64,000 bases of DNA, taken from contig CAZYAF010000005.1 of the NCBI GenBank assembly GCA_964645975.1, positions 4,332-68,331 of the forward strand, given 5' to 3'. The translations under genes and the position numbers were made by a program. The stretch is from an uncultured Acidobacteriota bacterium (lineage in GTDB: Bacteria; Acidobacteriota; B3-B38; Guanabaribacteriales; CAZYAF01). Positions 42,481-53,583 of the stretch are shown here, one piece after another; the stretch's first letter is position 1; each line of letters opens with the position of its first letter. The notes under the pieces were generated by a model. The model was not told the DNA's origin. It was given only the letters and a program-made list of their open reading frames with translations, and searched no databases.

Positions 42481-43344
42481 ATGAAAATTCACAAAGCCAT
42501 CCTGCCTGCCGCAGGTTTAGGAACCCGATTCCTCCCAGCAACTAAGGCCATGCCTAAAGAGATGCTCCCCATCGTAGACAAGCCTCTTATTCAGTATTCA
42601 GTAGAAGAATGTGTAAACTCTGGGGTAGAGGATATTATTATCATTACAGGTCGGGGAAAGTATGCTATTGAGGACCATTTCGATGTATCTTATGAGTTGG
42701 AAAAAATCCTGGAGGAAAGGGGAAAGCTTAAATATCTAAAAAAAGTTCGAGCAATTTCTAACCTCATCAATCTTATCTATACTCGACAAAAGGAAGCCCT
42801 GGGCGTTGGACATGCTGTTCTCATGGCTAAAGATATAGTGGGCCTCGAACCCTTTGCTGTTTTATTTGCCGATGATATCATCGACTCTGAGGTACCATGC
42901 CTAAAGCAAATGATAAACATATTTAATAAATATGGGTCTTCTGTTATCGCCATTCAGCAAGTTGCAAAAGAAGAAATCGATAAATATGGCATAATCAAAG
43001 CAAAAAAGATAGAGGAGAGGCTCTATGAAGTGGAAGATATGATTGAAAAGCCTCCCCGCGCTGAAGCTCCATCTAATTTGGCCATAATAGGTCGTTACCT
43101 ATTAACTCCTGAGATATTTGCTGAGCTGGAGAAAACCAAAATAGATCACACTGGCGAAATTCAACTGACCAATGGCCTTAAAGGTCTACTTAAAAGCCAG
43201 AGAATCCTCGCTTATCAATTTCAAGGTACTCGATACGATGCAGGCAACAAACTCGGCTTCCTCCAGGCTACTGTTGAATTAGCCCTGAAGAACGAGGATT
43301 TTAGTGAACATTTTAGAACATACCTTAAATCCCTGAAGCTTTAA
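42481..43344 (+). CDS. galU: UTP--glucose-1-phosphate uridylyltransferase
   Basis: start moved to ATG 42481 (MKIHKAILPAAGLGTRFLPATKAMPKEMLP) with AAAGGAG RBS 9 nt upstream. Confidence 0.85.
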   Translation: MKIHKAILPAAGLGTRFLPATKAMPKEMLPIVDKPLIQYSVEECVNSGVEDIIIITGRGKYAIEDHFDVSYELEKILEERGKLKYLKKVRAISNLINLIYTRQKEALGVGHAVLMAKDIVGLEPFAVLFADDIIDSEVPCLKQMINIFNKYGSSVIAIQQVAKEEIDKYGIIKAKKIEERLYEVEDMIEKPPRAEAPSNLAIIGRYLLTPEIFAELEKTKIDHTGEIQLTNGLKGLLKSQRILAYQFQGTRYDAGNKLGFLQATVELALKNEDFSEHFRTYLKSLKL

Positions 43345-43372
43345 CCTGGATAAAAGAAACCTCTTTAATTAT

Positions 43373-44104
43373 TTAATAATGAAATACGAATCCGAAACTA
43401 AAAAGGTTTCCCCCCAAATCAAATTTCTCAAATCCCACAAAATCCTCTGACAGTTCACCTTTAATAATATGATGGCTGAACTCTGCCATAAAAGCAACGC
43501 TACTTCCGAGTGCGATTTCTACACCACCTCTGAGATTAACACCCAAATCCGTTCCATTGGAGAGAAATTGAGTGGTGTATATAGAGCCATCAGAGAAGTC
43601 AATGTAATCTCCTAACTCCTCATAACGCCAGATGTAAAGACCTAATCCAGCACCCACATAAGGAGCGACACTGCGGTATTCTGTCCTGCCACGAAGCTCT
43701 TTTCGGGTAGTTTTAGCAATAGGGTAGAATTTTCCATTAAACATGATGGGGACGATTCTGAGAGAGATCTGTTGAACTATTGAGTCTCCCCATTCATCCA
43801 CAAACTCCCGGTATTCTGTATAAGCAGTGTCTTTGTAAAAACCGAATTCTAATGAAATGTCAAAGCGCTTATCAACAGGAAAACCTAATTCCAGGGCACC
43901 ATTGAAATTGTTAAAGTCTTCCACCGAAAGCGTCAAAAGCTCTTCGTTATACTCCCACAAATCGCTCTTGCCAGCTGGCATGTAGTAGCCGCCTTTTATG
44001 GTGATGTATTTCTCCTTATGGACGGCATAATATTGCCCTTGAGTCCATCCCAAGGCGCTGATGCCTAATAAAATCAATACAACTAAAATTCCTGTTCTCT
44101 TCAT
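43373..44104 (-). CDS. putative outer-membrane beta-barrel protein
   Basis: 243 aa; signal peptide; C-terminal FGFVFHY aromatic terminus. Confidence 0.45.
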   Translation of the reverse strand: MKRTGILVVLILLGISALGWTQGQYYAVHKEKYITIKGGYYMPAGKSDLWEYNEELLTLSVEDFNNFNGALELGFPVDKRFDISLEFGFYKDTAYTEYREFVDEWGDSIVQQISLRIVPIMFNGKFYPIAKTTRKELRGRTEYRSVAPYVGAGLGLYIWRYEELGDYIDFSDGSIYTTQFLSNGTDLGVNLRGGVEIALGSSVAFMAEFSHHIIKGELSEDFVGFEKFDLGGNLFSFGFVFHY

Positions 44105-44524
44105 TTCTTTCTGCCTCCTTTCACTGTTCCCTCTATTATACTATAAAGCAAACTTCATGCCGAAGTAGATAATCAATTAATTTTTCATAATCTCCCTTTT
44201 TTCAATAGGTTATGCTTATATGCTTAAAATCAGTTTATCCTTCTTTGTCCTCAATAGTGGACAAATCTAAGAGATTGAGTGCATTAATTCTTGCTAATAC
44301 AAATAGATAGCTTAAGAGTCTGCATACTCATTTGAACAATTAATATATTGCGAACAAAGGAATTTGCTTATTCTGCTTTCGAGAAATTATTATATATTTA
44401 CGTCACAATTACCACTATATAGCTATCAACATCAGCAACTTAGACGTATCCCTCAACAGATTCTTAAAATTTTAAGTAAGCAATAATCACTATATAATCT
44501 TAAATTATAAAGAATGCTCCCTTT

Positions 44525-44568
44525 CGGACAGCTAGATAGGCTGTCCCTACAAAGCATTTCTTCGCAGG
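44525..44568. repeat. dispersed copy of GGACAG-N9-CTGTCCCTACA-core repeat element
   Basis: cggacagctagataggctGTCCCTACAAAGcatttcttcgcagg matches units at 63697..63735 (core plus 11 of 14 flank bases identical). Confidence 0.45.
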
Positions 44569-44702
44569 GAAAGAGTTTGCATATGTCCAATGGTCAACAA
44601 TAGCACCTACACTAAACAATTTTGGGGGAACTTCAGATTTATTTTAATCTTGACTTTGCTAATAGTGTACCATAAGATTTATCATAGCCAATTCGAAATC
44701 AG

Positions 44703-46811
44703 ATGGTTTTTAGAAGGGATATGGAGCGTCGATATCTTATCGGTAAAATTATTACAATCCTCCTTTTTATTTGCTTAATCCTCTTTATTATAATTTCCTT
44801 AAGCCTTCATTCTCTTAGCAATTTCACCTGGTTTGGAAAACTCATCGTTTATTATAAGGTTGTCACCTGGTTGTTAGGGATTATCCTGGCGTTGAAATTC
44901 TTCAATCCCACAGGGCTTTTTTCTGCAAAAAAATCAAAAAAACTTGGATGGTTGGAAAAGCTGCTTGCTTCCGACCGTATTTACTACCTCTTTTTTATCA
45001 TCTTGCTCGTCTGTAGCTATTTCATGGTAAGCCTAACAGCCGGGCTTCTGGATTCCGATGGGCTATTCTATTACTTCTATGTGCGTTCTTTATATATGGA
45101 CGGCGATCTGGAGTTCAGCAACGAATACAAAGCCTTGAGCCTGGACTGGCGCAACGACCTCAAGGTGGTCCCGCAGACCGGACATCGGCGCAACATTTAC
45201 TCCTTCGGTACTGCATTCTTCTGGCTCCCTTTTTACCCCATAGGCATGGCCACTGCATCCCTGCTTCACCTGTTTGGAGCTGATGTACCACTCAATGGCT
45301 TCAGCTATCCCTATGCCGTGAGCATCCACCTTGCCAGCCTGCTCTACGCTTTCATCGCCCTGATGCTCATTTATAAGATTCTCAAAGATTTTTTCTCGCC
45401 CAAAGTATCAGCTCTTGCTGTGAGCGGTATCTGGTTAGCCAGTCCCCTTGCCTGGTACATGATTTATCAACCTCACATGGCTCACTGCCTCTCCCTCTTT
45501 ACCGTAACTCTATTCACTTATCTCTGGTATAGAAGCCGAGAGGAAAGAAGCTGGAAAATGTGGCTTCTCATGGGAATTGTCGCCGGCTGGATGATAATGG
45601 TGAGAATACAAAACGGTATCTTCATGCTTCTACCCGCTGTTGAGTCCCTTCTCGCTTATATCAGCCATATTAAAAGAAAGGAAATCAATCACATTAAAAA
45701 ACTTTTGCTCAACAATCTTATCTTTCTTGGTGCAGTCTTTATAGGATTCTTCCCTCAGATGATAGTGTGGAAAATCATCTTCGGCCGCTTCTACATCGGC
45801 AATCCTTATGGTGATGCTTTCCTCCGCTGGACCTCTCCCCGGATAATGGAGGTGCTCTTTTCCGCTCGTCATGGTCTCCTCTCCTGGACGCCTATAGTGT
45901 ACTTCTCAATCATAGGCCTTTTTATTTTCTTACGTAAAGACAGGAAGCTCATTTTATTGTTCTTAATTGTATTTCTTGCCATGCTCTGGGTGAACAGCTC
46001 AGCCGCCTCCTGGTGGGCTGGCGGTTCCTTCGGCGATCGCCGTTTCATAAACTGCGGGCTCATTTTCGCTCTCGGTCTGGCAGCCTTCATTCAATGGCTT
46101 GGTGGATGGATTAAAAAGAGACCCCTGGCTGCAATAGGAATCTTATTAGCTCTACTAATTGTTGGTAATGCTTTAATGATGAAGCAATTCAAAAGCGGAA
46201 TGATACCCACCGAGAAGCCCATTTCATTCACCAAAACAGCACAGAACCAGATAGCACTGCTTTTCTCCCGCATCGGCTATCCTTTTTCCTACCCTGCCAA
46301 TCTTATATTCAGTCTCCGTTGGGGATTGAGCCCCGATAGATACGATAGGCTGATGGGACGATACCTCTTTTATGGCGTTGGCAATTTAAATGGTTATATC
46401 GATATAGGCGGAGAGGATGAAGACTTTATCGGCTCTGGCTGGTCGTACAAAGAACAAGATAAAGCTGAACGGACATACCGCTGGTCTTTCGGCAATAAAT
46501 CGAGCTTATTTGTCTGCTTAATGGATACGAATGATATCACCCTTTCCTTTGCAGCACAGCCTTACACCTTCTCTCATGCATCTCGACAGCACATAAAACT
46601 CTATATCAATGAGCACCCCATAAGCAACTTTGTCATGAAAGAAGACTTCCGAATTTATTCAACAGCAGTGGGAAAGGAGTATTGGCGTCGTGGAATTAAT
46701 AGAATAGACTTGAAATACAGGTACAGCATTTCACCACATGATGCCACAGGCAGCCTGGATAATCGTCCCATAGCAGTGGCATTCGACTTTTTCAGATTTA
46801 ACCGAAAATAG
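44703..46811 (+). CDS. large polytopic membrane protein, possible GT-C-fold glycosyltransferase (ArnT/PMT-like)
   Basis: 702 aa with many TM helices and a C-terminal soluble domain; family assignment tentative; start (44703 vs 44721) uncertain. Confidence 0.4.
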   Translation: MVFRRDMERRYLIGKIITILLFICLILFIIISLSLHSLSNFTWFGKLIVYYKVVTWLLGIILALKFFNPTGLFSAKKSKKLGWLEKLLASDRIYYLFFIILLVCSYFMVSLTAGLLDSDGLFYYFYVRSLYMDGDLEFSNEYKALSLDWRNDLKVVPQTGHRRNIYSFGTAFFWLPFYPIGMATASLLHLFGADVPLNGFSYPYAVSIHLASLLYAFIALMLIYKILKDFFSPKVSALAVSGIWLASPLAWYMIYQPHMAHCLSLFTVTLFTYLWYRSREERSWKMWLLMGIVAGWMIMVRIQNGIFMLLPAVESLLAYISHIKRKEINHIKKLLLNNLIFLGAVFIGFFPQMIVWKIIFGRFYIGNPYGDAFLRWTSPRIMEVLFSARHGLLSWTPIVYFSIIGLFIFLRKDRKLILLFLIVFLAMLWVNSSAASWWAGGSFGDRRFINCGLIFALGLAAFIQWLGGWIKKRPLAAIGILLALLIVGNALMMKQFKSGMIPTEKPISFTKTAQNQIALLFSRIGYPFSYPANLIFSLRWGLSPDRYDRLMGRYLFYGVGNLNGYIDIGGEDEDFIGSGWSYKEQDKAERTYRWSFGNKSSLFVCLMDTNDITLSFAAQPYTFSHASRQHIKLYINEHPISNFVMKEDFRIYSTAVGKEYWRRGINRIDLKYRYSISPHDATGSLDNRPIAVAFDFFRFNRK

Positions 46812-46817
46812 TCCTTA

Positions 46818-47228
46818 TTAATTTTCTTTTCTCTTCAGAATCTCCACCAAATCATCTTCAATAGAATTAAAGGGATTTTCAACAATTCTCCCGAATTCTT
46901 CATCTCTGGAATATACTATGAAAGTAGGTACACGCAGTATATCTTTTCCCCAGAGAAGCGCTGCAGGTTCTCTCTTACTACGATCCACCCCGATAAATCG
47001 TGTTTGAATATTGGGATTGTTTGCTTCCTGAATAACTTTAATAAATTGAGGCACATTTCGTATACTGTCGGGACACCAACTACCATAAACAACTTCAATC
47101 AAAATCTCTTTATCATAATCTCTAAGGAATTCAATAGCCTGATCAGAAGGCTCATAGGTATCTATTTTATTTCCAAAATCCTTTTCTGCGGAAACCACTT
47201 TGTTAAGATTTGCTTCTCCCAGAAGCAT
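46818..47228 (-). CDS. thioredoxin-fold protein (single-Cys WCPDS motif)
   Basis: 136 aa; VVYGSWCPDS resembles thioredoxin-like active-site region lacking second Cys. Confidence 0.45.
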   Translation of the reverse strand: MLLGEANLNKVVSAEKDFGNKIDTYEPSDQAIEFLRDYDKEILIEVVYGSWCPDSIRNVPQFIKVIQEANNPNIQTRFIGVDRSKREPAALLWGKDILRVPTFIVYSRDEEFGRIVENPFNSIEDDLVEILKRKEN

Positions 47229-47497
47229 AGGCGATTTCTTAGCTCAACATCCGTTGAATAGCAAGATTATACAGATTAAAGCCAAAGATATATAAATTTT
47301 CATAACCACTTCCTTTCATTAAAATACTTCTTCCAATTTCTACCATATCCTATACCATAATTATATAAAAAAAAATTGAAAAAAAATATATTGCATTGAT
47401 AAAATCTATCCCTTATAATATCTTGCTCAGGTTTTGGGCTTTCATCAGGCTTTAATAAAATATTTGACATAACTTTTTAACTTAATAGCTTATATGA

Positions 47498-47758
<261 letters not shown>

Positions 47759-47806
47759 TGGGAGCTCATATTTATTTCATTCCTTACATATAGCATCGTC
47801 AATAAA

Positions 47807-47837
47807 ACCCGGTACCATAATGCCGGGTTTTTTTTTA
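47807..47837 (+). terminator. Rho-independent terminator downstream of ferredoxin gene
   Basis: stem ACCCGG / CCGGGT with 10-nt loop followed by run of 9 T. Confidence 0.6.
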
Positions 47838-47900
47838 GATTTTCGAACTAAAAAAGAGAATCTTTCGTTATTCATTAGAGGAAGGAGAAAGAAAAGGGTT

Positions 47901-48812
47901 ATGATCATCCAGCTAAATAATCTTTCCGTGGCATATGGAGAATTCTTTGCCCTTAAAGATATATCTTTTGATCTACCTGAGGGAGCTACCGGCCTGCTCG
48001 GTCCTAATGGAGCAGGTAAGACTACTCTTATTAAGACACTTTTAGGATTTCTGAAACCAAATCAAGGTGAAGCCTATATTTTAGGGCTGAACGCTCAAAG
48101 ACAGGGGAGGGATATTCGCCAAAAAGTTGGTTATATGCCGGAAGATGACTGTTTGATACCCGGTATGAGCGGTGTAGATTTTGTATCTTATTTTGGGCGG
48201 CTCTGCGGCTTACCCAAAGAAGACGCAATTCAACGAGCTCATGAGGTGCTCTTTTATGTTGGCCTGGGAGAAGCTCGCTATCGAAATGTAGAAACCTATT
48301 CCGCTGGGATGCGGCAGAGAATAAAATTAGCTCAGGCTTTTATCAATGATCCTCAGCTCCTTTTGCTGGATGAGCCCACAAACGGTATGGACCCACCGGG
48401 AAGGGCCGAAATGCTGGAGCTTATTAAGGACATCTCCAGTAAGAAAGGGATCAGTCTGATCCTATCATCTCATTTGCTGCCCGATGTTGAATATACCTGC
48501 GAAGAAGTGGTTGTTGTACACCAGGGAAGTCTTGTGGCACAGGGCAATATTCAGCAGCTCAAGGGAAAACATCAAAAGCTTTACGAGGTGCGAATTAAAG
48601 GAGATATGGAGAAATTTGGTGATGAGCTTGAAAAAGCTGGCTGTAAATGGCAGGTAGATGATGAGGGAATGATAAAAGTATTTTTGAAACAGAATTATGA
48701 TACCGATTTACTATTTCGAGCAGCATTGAGAAGTAATACACAAATACGGCATATGATCTCAAGTAAACATACGTTAGAAGATGTATTTATGAAAGTAGTA
48801 ACGGAGGAATAA
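47901..48812 (+). CDS. ABC transporter ATP-binding protein (module 1)
   Basis: start at ATG 47901 with GGAAGGAG RBS; Walker A GPNGAGKTT, signature YSAGMRQR, Walker B LLLLDEPT. Confidence 0.85.
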   Translation: MIIQLNNLSVAYGEFFALKDISFDLPEGATGLLGPNGAGKTTLIKTLLGFLKPNQGEAYILGLNAQRQGRDIRQKVGYMPEDDCLIPGMSGVDFVSYFGRLCGLPKEDAIQRAHEVLFYVGLGEARYRNVETYSAGMRQRIKLAQAFINDPQLLLLDEPTNGMDPPGRAEMLELIKDISSKKGISLILSSHLLPDVEYTCEEVVVVHQGSLVAQGNIQQLKGKHQKLYEVRIKGDMEKFGDELEKAGCKWQVDDEGMIKVFLKQNYDTDLLFRAALRSNTQIRHMISSKHTLEDVFMKVVTEE

Positions 48813-49664
48813 ATGCCAATCTTTGATCAAAGCTATCGCCATTATGAGGGTGAAGTCAAGGGATATTCCTTCCGCTGGTGGGTAATAACCCGTAGGGGCA
48901 TTATGCATTTCCTGCGAAAAAAGTGGTTTATTTTACTGCTGTTGCTGACCTTAATACCATTTTTAGTGCGCGGAGTGATGATATATGTAGCTACTCATTT
49001 TCCTGAAGCCAAGATGCAAATATTAGATATCAATCCACGGTTCTTCTACCAATATATACTTCAACAGCAATTTTTTCTTTTAATTATAACCATCTTGACA
49101 GGCTCAGGTCTAATAGCCAACGACCTGCGATATAATGCATTACAACTCTATTTATCAAAACCCATTCGCCGCTTTGATTACGTTGCAGGTAAACTGGGAG
49201 TGATCTCCTTTTTCTTATTTCTCATTACTCTGTTACCGTCTCTTTTCCTCTTTATTATTAGACTCCTTTTCTCAAACGACTTGAGTTTTTTAAAGCAATA
49301 CTATTGGCTGCCCCTATCCATAATCGCCTTTTGCATAATCATAATAGCAGTGACAGGCTTTCTTATTATGGCGATATCCTCTCTGTTTAAGAGCACTCGG
49401 TTGGCTGCCATTGTATTTGCTGTAGTATTTATGTTTAGTGCAGTAATGTATCAGATTTTATATCGAATTTATCATAATGACAAATTTGCTTTAGTTTCTT
49501 TTATTCATAATTTAGACCGGCTTGGCAGCAAGTTATTTGGAGTAAATATTAGATATAAATATAATTTTCATTGGGCCTGGTCTCTCCTGGTTTTAATTGG
49601 CATAATTGCCTTATCTCTATACATTTTACATAAAAGAGTCCGCGGTGTGGAGGTAGCAAAATGA
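48813..49664 (+). CDS. ABC-2-type transporter permease (module 1)
   Basis: 283 aa, about 6 TM helices, starts immediately after ATPase stop. Confidence 0.55.
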   Translation: MPIFDQSYRHYEGEVKGYSFRWWVITRRGIMHFLRKKWFILLLLLTLIPFLVRGVMIYVATHFPEAKMQILDINPRFFYQYILQQQFFLLIITILTGSGLIANDLRYNALQLYLSKPIRRFDYVAGKLGVISFFLFLITLLPSLFLFIIRLLFSNDLSFLKQYYWLPLSIIAFCIIIIAVTGFLIMAISSLFKSTRLAAIVFAVVFMFSAVMYQILYRIYHNDKFALVSFIHNLDRLGSKLFGVNIRYKYNFHWAWSLLVLIGIIALSLYILHKRVRGVEVAK

Positions 49665-50584
49665 GCGCTGTATATGAAGCCCAAGGAATATGCAAATGGT
49701 ATGGTCAGATTATAGCTTTGAATGACCTCAGCGTGAGCATAGGTACGGGTGTTATAGGACTGCTTGGGGCAAATGGCGCTGGTAAATCCACTTTTTTGAA
49801 ATTGTTAACCGGACAGTTAAAGTCGAGCAAAGGGAAACTTACCTTACATGGGCAAACCATCTGGAACAATTATCATCTTAATAAACTAATCGGTTTCGCA
49901 CCCGAACATGACGGCTTTTATCGCGGGATGACTGGACTTCAGTTTGTTACCTTAATAGCTCGACTCCATGGCTATCGCCCATCTGAAAGCAGAAAAAAGG
50001 CTCTCGAAGCATTGGAACTGCTCGACCTTATAGAAGCAAAGAACAAGAGGATAGCTGCTTACAGCCGCGGAATGCGGCAGAGGCTTAAGTTAGCTCAAGC
50101 CTTATGCCATGAGCCAGAGATTCTTCTCTTAGATGAGCCCCTGTCAGGTATGGACCCCATAGGTCGCCATAAAACTATTAATCTTATCAGAAAATTGGGT
50201 AAAGAGGGAAAAACTCTCGTTGTTTCAAGCCATATATTGCATGAAATCGAGGCAATGACCAATAATGTGCTTTTACTTCATAATGGTAGGCTATTAGCAG
50301 AAGGAGATGTTCATCAAATACGTCAGCTTATAGACGAGCATCCGCACAATATCTCTATAATTTGTGATAATCCACGAGATCTGGCAGCAAAGCTAATTGA
50401 ATATGACGATGTGATTAGTTTAAAATTCCAAAAAGATGATGACAGCATCCTGGTCGAAACTCTTCGACCGGATGATTTTTATTCCCGTATTCCAAAAATT
50501 GCTTTGGATAACAAAATTAAAATTGATATGTTTACATCCCCGGATGATAATTTAGAAGCAGTATTTAAATATTTGGTGAAATGA
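49661..50584 (+). CDS. ABC transporter ATP-binding protein (module 2)
   Basis: Walker A GANGAGKST, signature YSRGMRQR, Walker B ILLLDEPL; ATGA overlap with upstream permease. Confidence 0.85.
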   Translation: MSAVYEAQGICKWYGQIIALNDLSVSIGTGVIGLLGANGAGKSTFLKLLTGQLKSSKGKLTLHGQTIWNNYHLNKLIGFAPEHDGFYRGMTGLQFVTLIARLHGYRPSESRKKALEALELLDLIEAKNKRIAAYSRGMRQRLKLAQALCHEPEILLLDEPLSGMDPIGRHKTINLIRKLGKEGKTLVVSSHILHEIEAMTNNVLLLHNGRLLAEGDVHQIRQLIDEHPHNISIICDNPRDLAAKLIEYDDVISLKFQKDDDSILVETLRPDDFYSRIPKIALDNKIKIDMFTSPDDNLEAVFKYLVK

Positions 50585-51435
50585 TGACAAAAAGCCTACA
50601 AACAGCAGAAAACAAGAAAATTAAGGATATCAAAATAAATAATAAAGCATCATTGAGAGTAATTTTTTCTTTATCTTTCAAGCAGCTTTTCTGGAGTAAG
50701 AAGAGCATATTAATGTTCTTTATTGCCGCATTTCCTCCTGCTTTAGCTGTCATAACAGTAATGGTAAAAAAGCTCGGCTTGGGCTCAGTAGGTCTTACCA
50801 ACCTGGGACTCTTCTCCGTCATGATGTTTTTTGTGTTCCTTCAGTTTCTGGTGCTTATAGTGCCACTATTTTATGGTACTTCACTTATATCCGATGAAAT
50901 TGAACAAAAAACACTTACATACTTATTCACCAGCCCCATTCCCAAAAGCATCATAATACTAGGTAAATTTTTAGCACTAATTGGAATTAGTACCTTAATC
51001 ATAGTACTATCTGCTCTGATAACTTATTTTATCTTAATTGGACAAATGGGAGCTTATAGGCTGGTCGAACATTTACCAACACTTTTCAAAGATACTGGAG
51101 TGCTTCTATTAGGAATCCTCTGCTATGGAGCTTTCTTTACTTTCCTTGGAACAAGAACAAAACATCCTATTATTATCGGTTTGCTCTTTTCATTCGGCTG
51201 GGAGAGCATTATTAGCTATATCCCAGGGCAGGTAAAACGGCTCACAATAATGCATTACCTGCAGTCCATCTTCCCTCACCAGATGTGGCCTTCGGATGTC
51301 CGCGGATTATTAGCTATCTTTCACAAAGCTACCCCTTTCCTTCCTTCGCTCTTGACGCTTATAGGTATATGTGTTGGATTTGTGATGCTTTCCTTGCTTA
51401 CTCTTTATAATAAAGAATATCATCTTGAGACATAA
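50581..51435 (+). CDS. ABC-2-type transporter permease (module 2)
   Basis: 284 aa, about 6 TM helices, start overlaps ATPase stop. Confidence 0.55.
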   Translation: MMTKSLQTAENKKIKDIKINNKASLRVIFSLSFKQLFWSKKSILMFFIAAFPPALAVITVMVKKLGLGSVGLTNLGLFSVMMFFVFLQFLVLIVPLFYGTSLISDEIEQKTLTYLFTSPIPKSIIILGKFLALIGISTLIIVLSALITYFILIGQMGAYRLVEHLPTLFKDTGVLLLGILCYGAFFTFLGTRTKHPIIIGLLFSFGWESIISYIPGQVKRLTIMHYLQSIFPHQMWPSDVRGLLAIFHKATPFLPSLLTLIGICVGFVMLSLLTLYNKEYHLET

Positions 51436-51610
51436 TTTTATATATAATCAGTATTTACTATTTCAATCAGAAAAATCTTTTGTGTTGTCCAATTTGTGGT
51501 ATTATAATCATGACATTCATACATAAATGTTTTGAAATTTATATATTCTGCATGTCTCTTTAACCGATATAAAGATAATTATGATATAACTTTTTAATAC
51601 GAGGTTTAAA

Positions 51611-52012
51611 ATGGCAGAACCAAATGAAAAAAACAAAAAAACTGAAACCCCATCAGAGGAAAAACCAAGAAAGGACTCACTATCCGGTATCATCGGCGGC
51701 TTAATTGTAATACTGTTAGGTGTGCTCTTCCTGCTGCGTAATATGGGCTATTTATGGTGGACTAATTGGTGGGCTTATTTCCTGGTTGGTTTAGGAGTAA
51801 TACTTCTTATTGATGCTTTCATCAGAAGCACCGTACCTCAATATCACCGTCCAGTGATTGGGCGGGTCATTGGGGGCATCATCCTCATCTTTATAGGAGC
51901 AGGTAATATATACGGTATTTCGGATTGGTGGCCTTTAATTCTTGTGGGAGTTGGTGTCGGAATAATTATTGGTGCAGTCTTAAAGCATAGAAAAGCCGAG
52001 GAGAATATTTAA
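51611..52012 (+). CDS. small membrane protein, tandem paralog 1 (family not recognised)
   Basis: 133 aa; shared core GGLIV-LGV-FLLRNMG-WWAYF...RSTVPQY...DWWPLI with ORF 52080..52460. Confidence 0.5.
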   Translation: MAEPNEKNKKTETPSEEKPRKDSLSGIIGGLIVILLGVLFLLRNMGYLWWTNWWAYFLVGLGVILLIDAFIRSTVPQYHRPVIGRVIGGIILIFIGAGNIYGISDWWPLILVGVGVGIIIGAVLKHRKAEENI

Positions 52013-52079
52013 AAATCCGCAATTTAGCTATATATCGAAAAATAGATAATAGCTCTGAAAAGGCTCAGGGAGGTTATGA

Positions 52080-52460
52080 ATGAAAGAGCAGGAAAAACAC
52101 CGAGAAATTCGGCATTGCCACATCAAGGATTCTATCTCTGTGATTACAGGTGGATTAATTGTAGTTTGGCTGGGAGTGGCATTTCTTCTGCGCAATATGG
52201 GTTTCCTCTACTGGCGCAACTGGTGGGCTTACTTCATATTTGGCATTGGTGTTATCCTCATTCTGGAGAGTATCATAAGAAGCACTATACCTCAATACCG
52301 CTGTGGTGTTACAGGTAAGCTTATGGGTGGAATAATTCTTGTCGCTGTAGGTGGTATTTTTATTTACGGAGCACGTGACTGGTGGCCACTTATTATCATT
52401 GCTGTCGGTATAATTATAATTTTTGGCACTATTTGGAAATTCAGGAGTTCCGGAGGCTAA
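52080..52460 (+). CDS. small membrane protein, tandem paralog 2
   Basis: 126 aa; same conserved core as 51611..52012. Confidence 0.5.
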   Translation: MKEQEKHREIRHCHIKDSISVITGGLIVVWLGVAFLLRNMGFLYWRNWWAYFIFGIGVILILESIIRSTIPQYRCGVTGKLMGGIILVAVGGIFIYGARDWWPLIIIAVGIIIIFGTIWKFRSSGG

Positions 52461-52493
52461 CTCTGCCAGTAATTCTGATAATAAAAGCCTATT

Positions 52494-53528
52494 TTATTCC
52501 TCAGGTGGTAATGCTTTTTCTTCCTCATCTCCAATCTGATGGGTCTCAGTAATTTGCAAAAAACGATCGCCCAGTCTATCTAACCTCTTTTCCGCTTCGT
52601 CATATTTGCTTTTGCTGTGTGAGATGTGTGTCCCTAATACTTCGAATTCTTTGGCGAAGCGATCCAAATCACCCTGCAAACGAGCAAGACTATTGATAAT
52701 GAGCTGAGTACTCTTTTCTATCTGCATCCCCTTCAAACCCAAAAGAATGGTCTGCAGATAAGCATAAAAGGAATTGGGGGAAACCGGGATGACCCTCTTG
52801 TTTAGAGAGTAGCTAAAAAGCGCTTGCTCCTCACCGAAACACTCATCTTTGATTATAATTTCATAGTAGACATTCTCTGCTGGAATATACATTAAGGCAA
52901 AATCAAAAGTTCCTTCATCCGGCAGAATGTATTTACAGGCAATAGTATCAATATGCTTTTTCACATCGCGCATGAAATTACGACGATTTAACCTTCGTTC
53001 TTCTTCACTTTGGCTTTCAACTACCCGGCGGAAGTTTTCCAGAGGAAATTTGGCATCTATAGGTACCAGCTTGTCTCCCAAAATGATTACAGCATCCACT
53101 GCTTCCCCGCTTTTAAAGCGATGCTGAAGATTAAAATACTTATGGGGAAGTATCTGTTCTAAGAGTTCACCCAGAAATAGCTCACCAAGAGAACCTCGCA
53201 GCTTGGGCGCGCGCAGAATATCCTGCAGTGTGGCTATGTCCTTACCTACTTCCAGCACGCGTTTTGTTGCCTCTGAAAGCTCACCCAAACCTTTGTGAAC
53301 TCGATTTATGGCCTGTCCAGCGCTGTCCATCCGTTGGCCCATCTGATTGGTCATCCCCTCCAGGCTTTTGCGCACTGTCTCTCGAAGGGACTCAATATCC
53401 TGCTTCATAAGCAGAAAAGACTTGTCTTCCGTCCTCTCCTTGCGCAGACGAACCAATTGAATAAGTATTACAATGAAAAATATAGCCAAAACGGCAAAGA
53501 CTATATAAGTTAATTGTATAGAATCCAT
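52494..53528 (-). CDS. rmuC: DNA recombination protein RmuC
   Basis: 344 aa; N-terminal TM helix, coiled-coil region and C-terminal VPIDAKFPLENF block typical of RmuC. Confidence 0.75.
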   Translation of the reverse strand: MDSIQLTYIVFAVLAIFFIVILIQLVRLRKERTEDKSFLLMKQDIESLRETVRKSLEGMTNQMGQRMDSAGQAINRVHKGLGELSEATKRVLEVGKDIATLQDILRAPKLRGSLGELFLGELLEQILPHKYFNLQHRFKSGEAVDAVIILGDKLVPIDAKFPLENFRRVVESQSEEERRLNRRNFMRDVKKHIDTIACKYILPDEGTFDFALMYIPAENVYYEIIIKDECFGEEQALFSYSLNKRVIPVSPNSFYAYLQTILLGLKGMQIEKSTQLIINSLARLQGDLDRFAKEFEVLGTHISHSKSKYDEAEKRLDRLGDRFLQITETHQIGDEEEKALPPEE

Positions 53529-53583
53529 TTCTAATTAGATTTATATTCCTAATCTCAAGCAATAATAAGTAAAATAATATACG

